Source of the DNA: an uncultured Actinomycetota bacterium | Lineage (GTDB): Bacteria; Actinomycetota; Actinomycetes; Actinomycetales; Dermatophilaceae | NCBI GenBank assembly: GCA_963763015.1 | Contig: CAVXML010000006.1 | Coordinates: forward strand, 302,050-366,049 | Direction: 5' to 3' | Length of the DNA stretch: 64,000 bases | In this document: piece by piece, positions 1-11,413 of the stretch | Layout: each line of letters starts with the position of its first letter | How positions within the stretch are numbered: the first letter of the stretch is position 1 | Notes under the pieces: model-generated | Told to the model about the DNA's origin: nothing | The model's input: only the letters and a program-made list of their open reading frames with translations | Database searches by the model: none | Position numbers and translations under genes: made by a program

Positions 1-1012
1 CGTGGCAGAACCGGACGGCGTCGACGGCGCCCAGCGATGCGGCATCCGCGATGACGAAGTAGGTGCCCTGCGGAACCGACACCTCCATTCCGGCCGTCCG
101 CAGGCCGGAGACGAGCCGGTCGCGCTTCGCCCGGAGCGAGCCGGCCAGGTCCACGTACACGGCATCCGGCAGTGCAAGGCCCACCGCGACGGCCGGTTGG
201 AAGGGGCCCGACCCGACATAGGTGAGGAACTGCTTCACCGCCCGGACCGCCGCGACGGCCTCGGCCGGGCCGGACACCCAGCCCACCTTCCACCCCGTCG
301 TCGAGAAGGTCTTGCCGGCGGAGGAGATCGTCAGCGTCCGGTCCCACATCCCGGGAAGCGAGGCGACGGGCACGTGCTGGGCACCGTCGAAGGTCAGGTG
401 CTCGTAGACCTCGTCGGTCACCACCCAGGCGTCGTGCTCGCGAGCGAGCGCGCACACGAGCTCGAGCTCAGCGGGGGTGAAGACCTTGCCGGTGGGGTTG
501 TGCGGCGTGTTGAGCAGCACGACCCTGGTGCGCTCGGAGAACGCGGCCCGCAGCGACGCCTCGTCGACGGCGAAGTCGGGGAAGCGCAGCACCGAGGTCC
601 GCCGCACCCCGCCGGCCAGGGCGATCGTCGCGGCGTAGGAGTCGTAGTACGGCTCGAAGGTCAGCACCTCGTCACCCGGCTGCACGAGCGCCAGGACGGT
701 CGCCGCGATCGCCTCGGTGGCGCCCACCGTCACCAGCACCTGCGTGAGCGGGTCGACCTGCAGCCCGTAGAAGCGCTCCTGGTGCTGCGCCACCGCGTGC
801 AGCAGCTCGGGCACGCCTGCGCCCGGCGGGTACTGGTTGCGCCCTCCGCGGATCGCCGCGACGGCCGCCTCGAGAACCTCGGGCGGTCCGTCGGTGTCCG
901 GGAAACCCTGCCCGAGGTTGATCGCTGCGTGTTCGGTCGCCAGCGCCGACATCGTCGCGAAGATCGTCGTCCCGAAGGACTCGAGCGCCGGGTGGCCGGG
1001 GGAGCGGGTCAT
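1..1012 (-). CDS. PLP-dependent class I/II aminotransferase (DapC/YbdL-like), 3' end truncated by the window edge
   Basis: Hand translation of the minus strand from ATG 1012 gives MTRSPGHPALESFGTTIFATMSALATEHAAINLGQGFPD, plus LNTPHNPTGK and DEVYEH motifs. Not in the ORF track because no stop lies inside the window. TACCCT box 6 nt before the ATG. Confidence 0.88.
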   Translation of the reverse strand, partial: MTRSPGHPALESFGTTIFATMSALATEHAAINLGQGFPDTDGPPEVLEAAVAAIRGGRNQYPPGAGVPELLHAVAQHQERFYGLQVDPLTQVLVTVGATEAIAATVLALVQPGDEVLTFEPYYDSYAATIALAGGVRRTSVLRFPDFAVDEASLRAAFSERTRVVLLNTPHNPTGKVFTPAELELVCALAREHDAWVVTDEVYEHLTFDGAQHVPVASLPGMWDRTLTISSAGKTFSTTGWKVGWVSGPAEAVAAVRAVKQFLTYVGSGPFQPAVAVGLALPDAVYVDLAGSLRAKRDRLVSGLRTAGMEVSVPQGTYFVIADAASLGAVDAVRFCH

Positions 1013-1126
1013 GGCCGCAGGGTATGCCGGGCCGGTGCCCAGCGGGTCGGATGCCGTGCCGTCAGCCTCGCCGCCCACTCGGCGAGCCCGGCGAGGGGGC
1101 GGGCGGCGGCAAGCGCAGGAGACACC

Positions 1127-1161
1127 GGGAGGGGCCGAGCACTCGGTGCCCGGCCCCTCCC
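1127..1161 (-). terminator. GC-rich hairpin downstream of the nuclease gene
   Basis: 11-bp perfect arms GGGAGGGGCCG (1127-1137) and CGGCCCCTCCC (1151-1161) with further internal pairing, about 18 nt after the stop at 1179. Confidence 0.55.
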
Positions 1162-1178
1162 TTCTGCGGTGTCGCGCC

Positions 1179-4100
1179 TCAGCCCACCGTGAGGGTGAAC
1201 GAGCTCGTCGTCCCGGTGCTGGGCACCGAGATGTCGAACCGCTGCACGCCACTGAGCCCAGCCGGCACCGTGAACGTCACGGTGGCCTTGCCGATCTCGT
1301 CCACCGTCGGCGTGAAGGCCCGGTCGACGGTCGCCGTGGCGAGCGTCTGCCCTCCATGGGAGACGACGACCGTGCCGGCGGCGGGCTCGGTGCGGCTGAA
1401 GTCGAGCGACGACAGGTTCACCGTCACCGACTCGCCCGGTGCATACGTGCCGTCACCCTGGACGTCCACGCCCACCGCCCGCTGCTTCACGTCCGGCGTG
1501 ATCGTGCCGAACTCGGCGAAGTAGTCGACCATCGACTCGAGGTCGATCTTGCCGCTGTCCGCCTTGTTCTTGCCCGATGCCAGTGTGAGGAAGTTGTCTC
1601 CACCGGCGGCGAGGAACGAGTTGGCGCCGACCGAGTAGGTCGTCGTGGGGAGGACAGGCTGCCCGCCCAACAGGATCTCGGTGATGCGCGATCCCACCGG
1701 CGCAGTGGGGTCGTACGTGTAGGTGAGCTCCTTGTTCACTCCGAGCTTGAGGAACGGCCGGGACGCGCCTGACGGCTGCCACTGCTCCTCGAGCACCTGC
1801 TTGACCTGCGCTCCGGTGAGTTCGAGCGTGACCAGGGTGTTCGCGAACGGCTGGACGTCGGCCGCCTCGCGGTAGGTGACCTCACCGCCGGCCAGGTCGG
1901 CGCGGAGGCCGCCCGGGTTCATGAACGCGATGTCCACGTCGCGGGTGCCGTCCTGCTCGAGCGACCACAGCTGCACGTCGGCCACCAGGTTGCCGAGCGT
2001 CGACTCCCCGCCACGGTTCTCGGGGAACGACGTCGCACCGACCGGGTTGGATGCCACGGCTCGACCGAAGTCGCCCGTCGCCTCACCGAGCACGACGCTG
2101 CCGAGCTCGTTGGCCACCGCCACCGCGTCGGCGACGATCGGCGCGACAGTCGGGTCGTCCGGGTAGATGGCGGCAGCGCCGTTCATGAGCGGGAGGATCT
2201 CGTTCTTCATGGTGAACTTCTTCGTCACCCGGTCGACCGTGATGTCCATCCGGGAGAACCGCTCGCCGTACTGACCGCTCGAGATCACCGGCCGGCCGTC
2301 GATCACGTGGTTGTAGGCGAGGTGGGTGTGACCGGAGACGATGGCATCGACGTTGTCGTTGGCGCCGTTGACGATCTTGCCGAACCGGGTGGACTCGTCA
2401 GTGGCTGTCTCGGGCTTCGTGTCGACAGCACCTTCGTGGACGAGCAGCACGACGATGTCGGCCTCGCCGTTCGCCTTCTTGCCGTCCGAGAGCTGGTTCG
2501 CCACCCGGTTCGCGGCCTCGACCGGCGGCCCCACCTCGATGTCCTTGATGCCGTCCGGGCTCACCAGCGAGGGGAGCTCGTCGGTGACCGCACCGACGAA
2601 GCCGATGGTGACCCCGTCGAAGGTCTCGGTGTAGTACTCGGGCAGGGCCGGGATGGTGGTGCCCTTCTCGTAGACGTTCGCGCCGAGGTAGTCCCACAGC
2701 GCCAACGGCATGACCCGGTCGGTGAGGTCCGTGAAGCCCTGGTCGAACTCGTGGTTGCCCACCGCGCTGACGTCCAGCCCTGCCGCGTTGAGCGCCTCGA
2801 TGGTCGGCACGTCCTGCTGGATGAAGGACGTGAACGTCGACGCCCCGATCATGTCCCCGGCAGCCGCGAACACGGTGTTCGGGTTGGCTGCGCGGATCTG
2901 CTTGACCGCGCTGGACAGGGCGGCGATGCCTCCGGATGGTGCCGACTGCTCGATGCGCCCGTGGAAGTCGTTGACGGTGACGAGGTCGATGTCCACGGTC
3001 GCCGGCACCTGCTCCGCACTGACGCCGACGAGGATCGGGTCGTGGTCGCTCGAGCGGAACGGCGTGCCTGGCTCGGCCGCGGGACCCCAGTACTCGCGAC
3101 CACTCCACTCGGGCGAGTTGATCGACCAGACCGCTGCCTTGGTCACCCGGTCGTTCGCCGCCGGGGACGCGATCACGTGGTCCAGGGAGCCCAGCTCGCC
3201 GTCGAACGTGTACGTGTACTGGCTGCTGCCCCGGCTGGGCAGCAGGTCGCTCCATCCTGCGTCGGTGAAGACCTTGATCGGGTCCTCCTTGGCGTAGGAG
3301 TTGAAGTCACCGACCAGGTAGACGGCGTTCTTCCGGCCGTCGGAGATGCTGTTCGCGAACGCGAGCAGCGACTGGGCCTGCTCCACGCGCTCCCCGTTGT
3401 ACGGGTCCTGGTTGGGCTCCGGCGTCGTGTCGGCGGGGTTGTTGCCCTTGGACTTGAAGTGGTTGCCGACCACGGTGACGAACTGCTTGCCGAACTTGAA
3501 CGTCTGGGCGATCGGCTCGCGGGCGATGTCCCACACGCTCTCGTCGATCACGGTCAGCGCCTCACCCGAGGGCTTGACGACGGCCGGCTTGTAGATGATT
3601 GCGTTCATGATGACGTCGGTGATGGCCGGGTCGTGCAGAGCGGCAGGCGTGCGCACGTAGTCCCAGACCGTCGACCCGGCGGCCTTGTTGAGGGCCTTCA
3701 CGAGCGTGGCGAGCGCCTCGTCGGGCGCCTCGCCGAGCTTGACCGAGTTCTCGATCTCCTGGAGGGCCACGACGTCCGCGTCCAGGCCGTTGATCGCCGT
3801 GACGATCTTCGACTCCTGGATGGCGAACTCCTCCGCCGTCTCCGCGCCGCGGGCGTCGGGGTTGTCCTCCGACAGAGTGGTGAAGTAGTTGAGCACGTTG
3901 AACGCTGCGACGGTGAGGTCGCCGCCCACCGCCGGTGCCGAGGCAGGTCGCGGGTTGCCGACGACCACCTTGTCGGCGTTGACGGTCGTGAACGTGGGCT
4001 TGAGGTCCGCCGTGCTTGCGTCGTTGACCGGTGTCGGGGGCTGGAGCCGCCAGTTGTTGAAGTCGTAGCTCAGCAGCGAGCCGCCGGCCGGGAAGTTCAC

Positions 4101-4913
4101 GACGTCGCCGTTGCGGACCACCACGTCCTTGGTGAAGTACGGCTGGTCGCCGGGGTGCGACGCGTTGTCGACTCGGATGCTGTAGCCGTCGTCGAGGAGG
4201 AGCCGGGCGTTGTTGTTCGCGGCGGTGACGTCGGTCGCAGCCTTCGTACCCGGTGCGGCGGTCTCGAACGCCTCGACCGGCATCGTGCTGCCGGCGCTCG
4301 TCCAGAGCTCACCGAAGGTCTGCAGGTTGTGGCTGGAGACGACCTTGTACGTCCCCGAGGGACGCACGAGCATGCCCTCGAACGCTTCCCGCGAGGCCCC
4401 GAGCACGGTGGCGGGCAGCGGGGTCACCGTGGGGACGCCGGCGGCGGCCTGCACGAGCTCGACCGAACCGACGGCCGTTGCGCTGATCTGCGTCGCACCG
4501 CTGAACTCGCCGGCTCTGCCGGTCACCGTGACCCTGTCCCCGATGGCAACGCCTGCTGCGGGGTTGTTTGATAGGAACACGAAGACACCGTCGGACGCGC
4601 CTGGTGTGGCATCCGTCGACCCGCCCGAACCGGCGGTCTGGACGTAGAGACCTCGGTAGCCACCGGTCCGGTGGTCACCGGTGACGATGCCCTCGACCGT
4701 GACAGTCACGCCGCTCAGCGGCGTCGCCGCGCCGGTGCCCTGGACCTGGGCGATCGTGTGGGTGACCTCGGCCGCCTGCGCCGGAGCGCTGCCGAGAAGT
4801 GAGATGCCGACGGCGGATGCCGTGGCCAGGGCTGTCGCTGCGGCGAACCGCCCGCGCGCCCGGCGTCGGACCGTCGCGGTTGCGGGTCCGACACCGTGGG
4901 GACGAAGGTGCAT
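1179..4913 (-). CDS. Secreted ExeM/NucH-family endonuclease fused to a 5'-nucleotidase
   Basis: 1244 aa. Arg-rich signal peptide ending AQA; OB-fold (VTVEGIVTG...GLYVQ); EEP nuclease motifs (AFNVLNY, LQEIE, NHFKSKG, GDFNSY, LDH, SDHDP); metallophosphoesterase motifs (NDFHG, GD, GNHEFD, GHTH) and 5'-nucleotidase C domain ([16 protein letters not shown]). Confidence 0.9.
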   Translation of the reverse strand: MHLRPHGVGPATATVRRRARGRFAAATALATASAVGISLLGSAPAQAAEVTHTIAQVQGTGAATPLSGVTVTVEGIVTGDHRTGGYRGLYVQTAGSGGSTDATPGASDGVFVFLSNNPAAGVAIGDRVTVTGRAGEFSGATQISATAVGSVELVQAAAGVPTVTPLPATVLGASREAFEGMLVRPSGTYKVVSSHNLQTFGELWTSAGSTMPVEAFETAAPGTKAATDVTAANNNARLLLDDGYSIRVDNASHPGDQPYFTKDVVVRNGDVVNFPAGGSLLSYDFNNWRLQPPTPVNDASTADLKPTFTTVNADKVVVGNPRPASAPAVGGDLTVAAFNVLNYFTTLSEDNPDARGAETAEEFAIQESKIVTAINGLDADVVALQEIENSVKLGEAPDEALATLVKALNKAAGSTVWDYVRTPAALHDPAITDVIMNAIIYKPAVVKPSGEALTVIDESVWDIAREPIAQTFKFGKQFVTVVGNHFKSKGNNPADTTPEPNQDPYNGERVEQAQSLLAFANSISDGRKNAVYLVGDFNSYAKEDPIKVFTDAGWSDLLPSRGSSQYTYTFDGELGSLDHVIASPAANDRVTKAAVWSINSPEWSGREYWGPAAEPGTPFRSSDHDPILVGVSAEQVPATVDIDLVTVNDFHGRIEQSAPSGGIAALSSAVKQIRAANPNTVFAAAGDMIGASTFTSFIQQDVPTIEALNAAGLDVSAVGNHEFDQGFTDLTDRVMPLALWDYLGANVYEKGTTIPALPEYYTETFDGVTIGFVGAVTDELPSLVSPDGIKDIEVGPPVEAANRVANQLSDGKKANGEADIVVLLVHEGAVDTKPETATDESTRFGKIVNGANDNVDAIVSGHTHLAYNHVIDGRPVISSGQYGERFSRMDITVDRVTKKFTMKNEILPLMNGAAAIYPDDPTVAPIVADAVAVANELGSVVLGEATGDFGRAVASNPVGATSFPENRGGESTLGNLVADVQLWSLEQDGTRDVDIAFMNPGGLRADLAGGEVTYREAADVQPFANTLVTLELTGAQVKQVLEEQWQPSGASRPFLKLGVNKELTYTYDPTAPVGSRITEILLGGQPVLPTTTYSVGANSFLAAGGDNFLTLASGKNKADSGKIDLESMVDYFAEFGTITPDVKQRAVGVDVQGDGTYAPGESVTVNLSSLDFSRTEPAAGTVVVSHGGQTLATATVDRAFTPTVDEIGKATVTFTVPAGLSGVQRFDISVPSTGTTSSFTLTVG

Positions 4914-5126
4914 TCGGTGGTCTCCTCGAAAGTGGTGGCGCCGGGGACTGCGGTGACAGGGCCGGCGGGGGAGGACTCGTCACGGACGTCGGACGAGACG
5001 GGATGAGCGTAGGTCGCGAGATGCGCGAGAGCGACCCGGGGAGCAACTGTTCACTCAGCAGCCTCTGGGCCGACGCCGACAGGGGTCACCCGAGCCTCCG
5101 ATTAGGGACCCGGCGCAGCCGTTCCC

Positions 5127-5347
5127 TAGACTGGACCCACGACCGGTCTCGGCCGGTCGAATTCGCGTGTCCTTCTCCTGCTCCCTCCGGGGACGCAGGG
5201 CACACCACGGCAGTGGCGGATCCGCTCCTTCGCGAGCACGGCATCCGTCCGGGGTGTGGCCGGGCACCAGGCAGGTGGACGACGACCCTCCAGCAGGAGG
5301 AATGCGCCGCCGACGGAACTGACAACCACAGAGCAAGGAGAACGGCC
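5127..5347 (+). promoter_or_regulatory. rpsB promoter (-10 TAGACT at 5127-5132) and ~210 nt 5' leader
   Basis: TANNNT box followed by a long GC-rich untranslated stretch and SD AAGGAG before the ATG at 5348. rpsB leaders are known sites of S2 autoregulation in other bacteria. Structure not computed. Confidence 0.45.
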
Positions 5348-6469
5348 ATGGCCGTCGTCACGATGCGCCAGCTCCTCGAGAGCGGCGTCCACTTCGGGCA
5401 CCAGACCCGACGGTGGAACCCGAAGATGAAGCGCTTCATCATGACCGAGCGCAACGGGATCTACATCATCGACCTGCAGCAGTCGGTGACCTACATCAAC
5501 AACGCGTACGAGTTCGTCAAGGAGACCGTCGCCCACGGCGGCACGATCCTGTTCGTCGGCACCAAGCGCCAGGCGCAGGAGCCGATCGCCGAGCAGGCGA
5601 CCCGGGTCGGGATGCCGTACGTCAACCACCGCTGGCTCGGTGGCATGCTCACCAACTTCCAGACGATCTCCAAGCGGCTCACCCGCCTCAAGGAGCTCGA
5701 GGAGCTCGACTTCGACGACGTGGCCGGCTCGGGCTACACGAAGAAGGAGCTGCTCATCTTCAAGCGGGAGAAGGACAAGCTCGAGCGCACCCTGGGCGGC
5801 ATCCGCACCATGGGCCGCGTCCCTTCGGCCGTCTGGATCGTCGACACCAAGAAGGAGCACCTCGCGGTCGACGAGGCCCGCAAGCTCGGCCTGCCCGTCA
5901 TCGCGATCCTCGACACGAACTGCGACCCCGACGAGGTCGACTACAAGATCCCCGGCAACGACGACGCGATCCGCTCCGTCACGCTGCTGACCCGGGTCAT
6001 CGCGGATGCCGTCGCCGACGGCCTGATGGCCCGCTCCGGCGGGGCGTCGGCCGAGGGCGAGGAGGCCGTCGCGGGTGACGAGCCGCTGCCCGAGTGGGAG
6101 CGCGAGCTGCTCGCCGGCGCCGCCGCCGAGACGGCGGAGCAGGTGGCTCCCGAGGCCGGCGACACCGCCGCGGCTCCGGCGCCTGAGGCCGCCGAGGCTG
6201 CACCGGTCGCGGTCGTGGAGACCCCGGCTCCCGAGGTCGCCGAGGCCATTGCCGAGGACACCCCTGCCGCCCCAGCTGCCGAGGCTCCGGTCGAGGAGGC
6301 CACCCAGGCTCCCGCTGCCGAGGCTCTCGCCGCGCAGGCCCCGGTCGAGGAGACCCTCGAGGCTCCCGTCGCGGAGGTCCTCGACGCCCCGGTCGCCGAG
6401 GCCCTCGAGGCCGAGGTCGCCGAGGCGGCCCCGGAGTCGGAGCCGGCCCCGGTGGCCGAGAAGGCCTGA
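5348..6469 (+). CDS. rpsB: 30S ribosomal protein S2 with a long acidic Ala/Glu/Pro tail
   Basis: [53 protein letters not shown]; SD AAGGAG upstream. Confidence 0.98.
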   Translation: MAVVTMRQLLESGVHFGHQTRRWNPKMKRFIMTERNGIYIIDLQQSVTYINNAYEFVKETVAHGGTILFVGTKRQAQEPIAEQATRVGMPYVNHRWLGGMLTNFQTISKRLTRLKELEELDFDDVAGSGYTKKELLIFKREKDKLERTLGGIRTMGRVPSAVWIVDTKKEHLAVDEARKLGLPVIAILDTNCDPDEVDYKIPGNDDAIRSVTLLTRVIADAVADGLMARSGGASAEGEEAVAGDEPLPEWERELLAGAAAETAEQVAPEAGDTAAAPAPEAAEAAPVAVVETPAPEVAEAIAEDTPAAPAAEAPVEEATQAPAAEALAAQAPVEETLEAPVAEVLDAPVAEALEAEVAEAAPESEPAPVAEKA

Positions 6470-6520
6470 CCGTCCTCGCGTTCCTGTCCACCCGCACACC
6501 AGAAAGAGCGACCACACACC

Positions 6521-7351
6521 ATGGCGAACTACACCGCCGCTGACATCAAGGCGCTGCGCGAGAAGACCGCGGCCGGGATGATGGACGTCAAGAAGGCACT
6601 CGACGAGGCCGACGGCGACATGGCGCAGGCCGAGGAGCTGCTGCGCGTCAAGGGCCTGAAGGGCGTGACCAAGCGGGAGGGCCGCACGGCATCCAACGGC
6701 CTGGTCACCGCGCAGGCCGGCGCCGGCGAGGGCACCCTGGTCGAGGTGCTCTGCGAGACCGACTTCGTCGCGAAGGGCGAGCGCTTCGGCGCCCTGGCGC
6801 AGCAGGTGCTGACCCAGGCGGTCGCCACCAGGGCCGGCGACGCCGACGCGCTGCTCACCTCGACGCTTCCGGAGGGCAAGTCCGTCAAGGAGCTGCTCGA
6901 CGAGGCCAACGCCACCATCGGCGAGAAGATCGAGGTCAAGCGCGTGGCCCGCCTCGAGGGCGAGCACGTCGTGTCCTACCTGCACAAGACCAGCCCCGAC
7001 CTGCCCGCGCAGATCGGGGTGCTCGTGGCGACCGCCGGTGGCGACGAGCAGACGGCCCGTGACGTCGCGATGCACATCGCCGCGTTCAGCCCGAGCGTGC
7101 TCACCCGCGACGACGTCGACACCGAGACCGTGGAGAACGAGCGTCGCCTCGCCGAGGCCACGGCCAAGGAGGAGGGCAAGCCCGAGGCCGCCCTGCCCAG
7201 GATCGTCGAGGGCCGGGTCAACGGCTACTTCAAGGAGAACGTCCTGCTCGAGCAGCCGTTCGCGAAGGAGCCCAAGAAGACCGTCGACAAGGTGCTCCAG
7301 GAGGCCGGGGCCCGCGCCACCGGGTTCGCCCGCTACCGCGTCGGCGGCTGA
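6521..7351 (+). CDS. tsf: Elongation factor Ts
   Basis: MANYTAADIKALREKTAAGMMDVKKAL, CETDFVAK, AMHIAA, LLEQPF; follows rpsB. Confidence 0.98.
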   Translation: MANYTAADIKALREKTAAGMMDVKKALDEADGDMAQAEELLRVKGLKGVTKREGRTASNGLVTAQAGAGEGTLVEVLCETDFVAKGERFGALAQQVLTQAVATRAGDADALLTSTLPEGKSVKELLDEANATIGEKIEVKRVARLEGEHVVSYLHKTSPDLPAQIGVLVATAGGDEQTARDVAMHIAAFSPSVLTRDDVDTETVENERRLAEATAKEEGKPEAALPRIVEGRVNGYFKENVLLEQPFAKEPKKTVDKVLQEAGARATGFARYRVGG

Positions 7352-7378
7352 TCTCCCGACCCGTCGGTGCACCGACCG

Positions 7379-7416
7379 GATGCCGTCCGCTCACCTCCAC
7401 GTGAGCGGGCGGCATC
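7379..7416 (+). terminator. Strong hairpin after tsf
   Basis: 16-bp arms GATGCCGTCCGCTCAC (7379-7394) and GTGAGCGGGCGGCATC (7401-7416) with one G-U pair and a 6-nt loop; preceded by the 14-bp palindrome GTCGGTGCACCGAC (7363-7376). Confidence 0.6.
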
Positions 7417-7478
7417 GCGCTGTCCGCGGCCGCGACCGAGGGGTCCGGGGGGCATACTGGCGCATGGAGGTGGTTTCC

Positions 7479-7667
7479 GTGTCCATCGAGGAGCACGACG
7501 AGCAGGGCGCCGGTACGCGCTCCGACCTCGAGGAGCGGGTGCACCTCGACCTGCCCCGGATCCGCCCCGAGGACATGGTCACCACCCAGGAGGTCGTGCC
7601 GGCCCGCGACCCGGAGGCCGGTCGCAACACGGACATGGAGTTCATGACCCGCAACGCCGGCTGGTGA
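7479..7667 (+). CDS. Small acidic hypothetical protein (62 aa; 67 aa if started at ATG 7464)
   Basis: GGAGG (7466-7470) sits 8 nt before GTG 7479; CATACT box at 7453-7458; GC3-rich codon usage; fills the tsf-pyrH gap. Confidence 0.65.
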   Translation: MSIEEHDEQGAGTRSDLEERVHLDLPRIRPEDMVTTQEVVPARDPEAGRNTDMEFMTRNAGW

Positions 7668-7776
7668 CGGTGCCTCCCAGGCCGTGACCGGCAGGCGGGT
7701 CAGGACTCTTGTTCGGACTGCGGGGCCCCCTGTGCAAGGATTCGGTGACCGCCGAGAACACCGCCGAGGAGGCCCC

Positions 7777-8535
7777 GTGACCACCCATGCCCTCACCGAG
7801 GAAGCACCGACGTCCGAGGTGCGGCGCTCGAGCCGTCGGGTGCTCCTCAAGCTCTCGGGCGAGGTCTTCGGCGGGGGCCGGGTGGGGGTCGACCCGGACG
7901 TCGTCCGGGCGATCGCGCAGCAGATCGCGGTCGCCGTGCGCGAGGGCGTCCAGGTGGCCGTCGTCGTGGGCGGAGGCAACTTCTTCCGGGGAGCCGAGCT
8001 GGAGCAGAAGGGGATGGAGCGGTCCCGGGCGGACTACATGGGCATGCTCGGCACCGTGATGAACTGCCTCGCCCTCCAGGACTTCCTCGAGAAGGAGGGC
8101 ATCGACACGCGGGTGCAGACCGCGATCGCGATGGGCCAGGTCGCCGAGCCGTACATCCCGCGCCGCGCCATCCGCCACCTCGAGAAGGGGCGAGTCGTGA
8201 TCTTCGGCGCCGGTGCCGGGATGCCGTACTTCTCCACCGACACGGTGAGCGCGCAGCGGGCGCTGGAGTGCAAGTGCGACGCCGTGCTGATGTCCAAGAA
8301 CGGGGTCGACGGGGTGTACGACGCCGACCCCCGGACCACGCCGCACGCCCGCAAGCTCGACCGGGTGACATTCTCGGAGGCGCTGCGCACCAACCTGCGG
8401 GTCGTCGACGCCGCGGCGTTCAGCCTGTGCATGGAGAACCGCCTGCCCATGGTGGTGTTCGGGATGGAGGGGGACGGCAACATCACCCGCGCGCTGCGGG
8501 GTGACCCGATCGGCACCCTGGTCTCCGCGGGGTGA
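7777..8535 (+). CDS. pyrH: Uridylate kinase
   Basis: [43 protein letters not shown]; GTG start after GAGGAGG. Confidence 0.97.
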   Translation: MTTHALTEEAPTSEVRRSSRRVLLKLSGEVFGGGRVGVDPDVVRAIAQQIAVAVREGVQVAVVVGGGNFFRGAELEQKGMERSRADYMGMLGTVMNCLALQDFLEKEGIDTRVQTAIAMGQVAEPYIPRRAIRHLEKGRVVIFGAGAGMPYFSTDTVSAQRALECKCDAVLMSKNGVDGVYDADPRTTPHARKLDRVTFSEALRTNLRVVDAAAFSLCMENRLPMVVFGMEGDGNITRALRGDPIGTLVSAG

Positions 8536-8614
8536 GCACCGCTGGACCCGTCTTTGACACACTGGACCAGACACGCCACGTGAGCGTGCGGCAGACCGAA
8601 GGAGATCCGCCCCC

Positions 8615-9172
8615 ATGATCGACGAGACCTTGTTCGAGGCCGAGGAGAAGATGGAGAAGGCCGTCGAGGTCGCGAAGGAGGACTTCGCGGGCATCCGCAC
8701 CGGCCGGGCGCACCCTGGCATGTTCCAGAAGCTGCTCGTGGACTACTACGGCGCCCCGACCCCCCTTCAGCAGCTCGCCTCGTTCCAGAACCCCGAGGCC
8801 CGCACGATCATCATCAGCCCCTTCGACAAGAGCTCGATGCACGCCATCGAGAAGGCCATCCAGCAGGCGGACCTCGGCATCAACCCGAGCAACGACGGGA
8901 ACATCATCCGCTGCGTCATGCCGCAGCTCACCGAGGAGCGCCGTCGTGAGTACGTCAAGATGGCGCACCACCAGGCGGAGGAGGCCAAGGTCTCGGTCCG
9001 CAACATCCGCCGCCACGCCAAGACGACACTCGAGAAGCTCGTCAAGGACGGCGAGGTCGGCGAGGACGAGGGAACCCGCGCCGAGAAGGAGCTGGAGGCC
9101 GTCACCAAGCGGCACGTCGACCAGATCGACGACCTGCTCAAGCACAAGGAAGCCGAGCTCCTCGAGGTCTGA
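8615..9172 (+). CDS. frr: Ribosome recycling factor
   Basis: [33 protein letters not shown]. Confidence 0.98.
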   Translation: MIDETLFEAEEKMEKAVEVAKEDFAGIRTGRAHPGMFQKLLVDYYGAPTPLQQLASFQNPEARTIIISPFDKSSMHAIEKAIQQADLGINPSNDGNIIRCVMPQLTEERRREYVKMAHHQAEEAKVSVRNIRRHAKTTLEKLVKDGEVGEDEGTRAEKELEAVTKRHVDQIDDLLKHKEAELLEV

Positions 9173-9186
9173 CCTCGCCGCCGACC

Positions 9187-10125
9187 ATGACCGACGCCCA
9201 GTCCGAGACCACGCCGAAGGCCGCCCCGACCGCTGGTGATGCCACCGGGCTCCCGGCCCCGCGGGCCGACGCGGCCGACCACCCGACCTCTGTGACCCGG
9301 AGGGGCACCGCAGCCCCCAAGGCGGGCCGGGACCTGCGTGCCGCCGTGGGCGTCGGGCTGCTCCTGGCCGGGCTGGTCATCGGGACCCTCGTCTACGACG
9401 CCCGGGCGTTCCTCGTCGTCGTCGTGGTCGCGGTCGCCTACGGCGCCTGGGAGCTGCGCCGGGCCATCGCCACGAAGGGGATCGTCATCCCCCTCGTTCC
9501 CCTCATGCTCGGGACCGCCGGGATGTTGGTCTCCGCATACCTCCGGGGAGCGGAGGCCCTGGTCGTCACCTTCGGCCTGACCATGGTCGGCCTGCTCGTC
9601 TGGCGGGTCGCGGACGGCCTCGCAGGTGCAGCCCGGGATCTCAGCGCCTCGGCGCTCGTCGCCTTCTACCCGGTCTTCCTCGGCGGGTTCGCCTCGCTCA
9701 TGCTGGCAGCGCCCGACGGGCGGCAGCGCATCGTCGTCTTCATCCTCGTGACCGTGTTCTCCGACATCGGCGGCTATGCGGTCGGCGTGCGCTTCGGCCG
9801 GCGCCCCATGGCACCGTCGCTCAGTCCCAAGAAGTCCTGGGAGGGCTTCACCGGGTCGGTCGTGGCGTGTGCGCTGACCGGAGCGATCTCCATGCCGCTG
9901 CTCCTGGGCGGGCTCTGGTGGGAGGGAGCCGTGCTCGGAGCCGTCGCTGCCGGCGCCGCCACCCTCGGCGACCTCATCGAGTCCAGCATCAAGCGGGACC
10001 TCGGCATCAAGGACATGGGTTCCCTGCTCCCAGGGCACGGGGGCCTCATGGACCGGCTGGACTCCCTGGTCGTCGTCGCCCCGATCGCGTGGGGCCTCCT
10101 CCTGTGGTTCGTGCCGGTGACCTGA
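9187..10125 (+). CDS. cdsA: Phosphatidate cytidylyltransferase
   Basis: Multi-TM; SDIGGY, SPKKSWEG, GDLIESSIKRDLGIKDMG, PGHGGLMDRLDS. Confidence 0.95.
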   Translation: MTDAQSETTPKAAPTAGDATGLPAPRADAADHPTSVTRRGTAAPKAGRDLRAAVGVGLLLAGLVIGTLVYDARAFLVVVVVAVAYGAWELRRAIATKGIVIPLVPLMLGTAGMLVSAYLRGAEALVVTFGLTMVGLLVWRVADGLAGAARDLSASALVAFYPVFLGGFASLMLAAPDGRQRIVVFILVTVFSDIGGYAVGVRFGRRPMAPSLSPKKSWEGFTGSVVACALTGAISMPLLLGGLWWEGAVLGAVAAGAATLGDLIESSIKRDLGIKDMGSLLPGHGGLMDRLDSLVVVAPIAWGLLLWFVPVT

Positions 10126-10195
10126 GCTCCGTCACGTGCCCGGGCGCCCGCCCGTCGGCCGCGGTCCCTCACGCACCTGAGAGAATCGACCCACC

Positions 10196-11395
10196 ATGTC
10201 GCAGACCCCCGCGTCCCGCCCTGTTCCGGGCCAGCTGACCTTCGCCGCCCCGCGGCGCGGCAAGCCGCCGCGTCACCTGGCCGACCTGACGCCGGCCGAG
10301 CGCCGCGAGGCCGTCGCCGCCCTCGGCCACCCTGCCTACCGGGCGGGACAGCTGTCGACCCACTACTTCGAGCGGCTCGTCGACCGCCCGGAGGACATGA
10401 CCGACCTCCCGAAGGCGGTGCGCGACGACCTGGTGGCCGACCTCCTCCCCAGGCTCCTGACGCCGGTTCGCAGCCTCACCGCCGACGCGGGGGCCACCGT
10501 CAAGCAGGTCTGGCGGCTCTTCGACGGTGCCCTCGTGGAGTCGGTGCTCATGCGCTACCCGAACCGGGTCACCGTCTGCATCTCCAGCCAGGCCGGGTGC
10601 GGGATGAACTGCCCGTTCTGCGCCACGGGTCAGGAGGGGCTGACCCGCAACATGTCCACGGCCGAGATCGTCGAGCAGGTCGTGGGAGCGGCGCGCCTCC
10701 TGCGCCGGGGTGGCCTGGCCGCCTCCTGGGACGTGGGCGCCGGGGCGGCGCTCGGTGACGAGGCGGACGGCTCCGGCGCGGAGGGCGGCGGCCCAGCGAG
10801 GGTCAGCAACGTCGTGTTCATGGGGATGGGTGAGGCCCTCGCCAACTACCGGGCGTCGATCGGTGCCATCCGGCGGCTCGTCGAGCCGTCGCCGTCGGGC
10901 CTGGGCCTGTCCGCGCGCGGTATCACGATGTCCACGGTCGGGCTCGTGCCCGGCATCGACCGGCTCGCCGACGAGGGGATCCCGGTCACGCTCGCCCTGT
11001 CGTTGCACGCTCCGGACGACCGACTGCGCGACGAGCTGGTGCCCATCAACACGCGCTGGAAGGTCGACGAGGCCATCGACGCCGCACACCGCTACTTCAC
11101 GGTCACCGGTCGGCGGGTCAGCATCGAGTACGCCCTCATCCGCGACGTCAACGACCAGGCCTGGCGGGCGGACCTGCTGGGCGAGAAGCTGGCCGCCCGG
11201 GGCCGCGGCTGGGTGCACGTCAACCCCATCCCGCTGAACCCCACTCCCGGGTCCCGGTGGACGGCGTCACGGCGCGGTGTGGAGCAGCAGTTCGTCGAGC
11301 GCCTGCGTGCGCACGGCATCCCCACGACCGTGCGCGACACGAGGGGCTCGGAGATCGACGGCGCCTGCGGCCAGCTCGCGGCGGCGACCGCCTGA
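10196..11395 (+). CDS. rlmN: Dual-specificity RNA methyltransferase RlmN (radical SAM)
   Basis: [38 protein letters not shown]-terminal GACGQL. Confidence 0.96.
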   Translation: MSQTPASRPVPGQLTFAAPRRGKPPRHLADLTPAERREAVAALGHPAYRAGQLSTHYFERLVDRPEDMTDLPKAVRDDLVADLLPRLLTPVRSLTADAGATVKQVWRLFDGALVESVLMRYPNRVTVCISSQAGCGMNCPFCATGQEGLTRNMSTAEIVEQVVGAARLLRRGGLAASWDVGAGAALGDEADGSGAEGGGPARVSNVVFMGMGEALANYRASIGAIRRLVEPSPSGLGLSARGITMSTVGLVPGIDRLADEGIPVTLALSLHAPDDRLRDELVPINTRWKVDEAIDAAHRYFTVTGRRVSIEYALIRDVNDQAWRADLLGEKLAARGRGWVHVNPIPLNPTPGSRWTASRRGVEQQFVERLRAHGIPTTVRDTRGSEIDGACGQLAAATA

Positions 11396-11413
11396 GCCGT
11401 CTACGCTGAGCGG

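Noticed and set aside
2307-4571. 754-aa plus-strand ORF, and similar long shadows (2..1192, 11267..14056, 31530..33752, 43777..47040, 56409..58856)
   Set aside because: They lie opposite or out of frame to well-supported genes and have the Arg/Gly/Val-rich composition typical of GC-rich non-coding frames.
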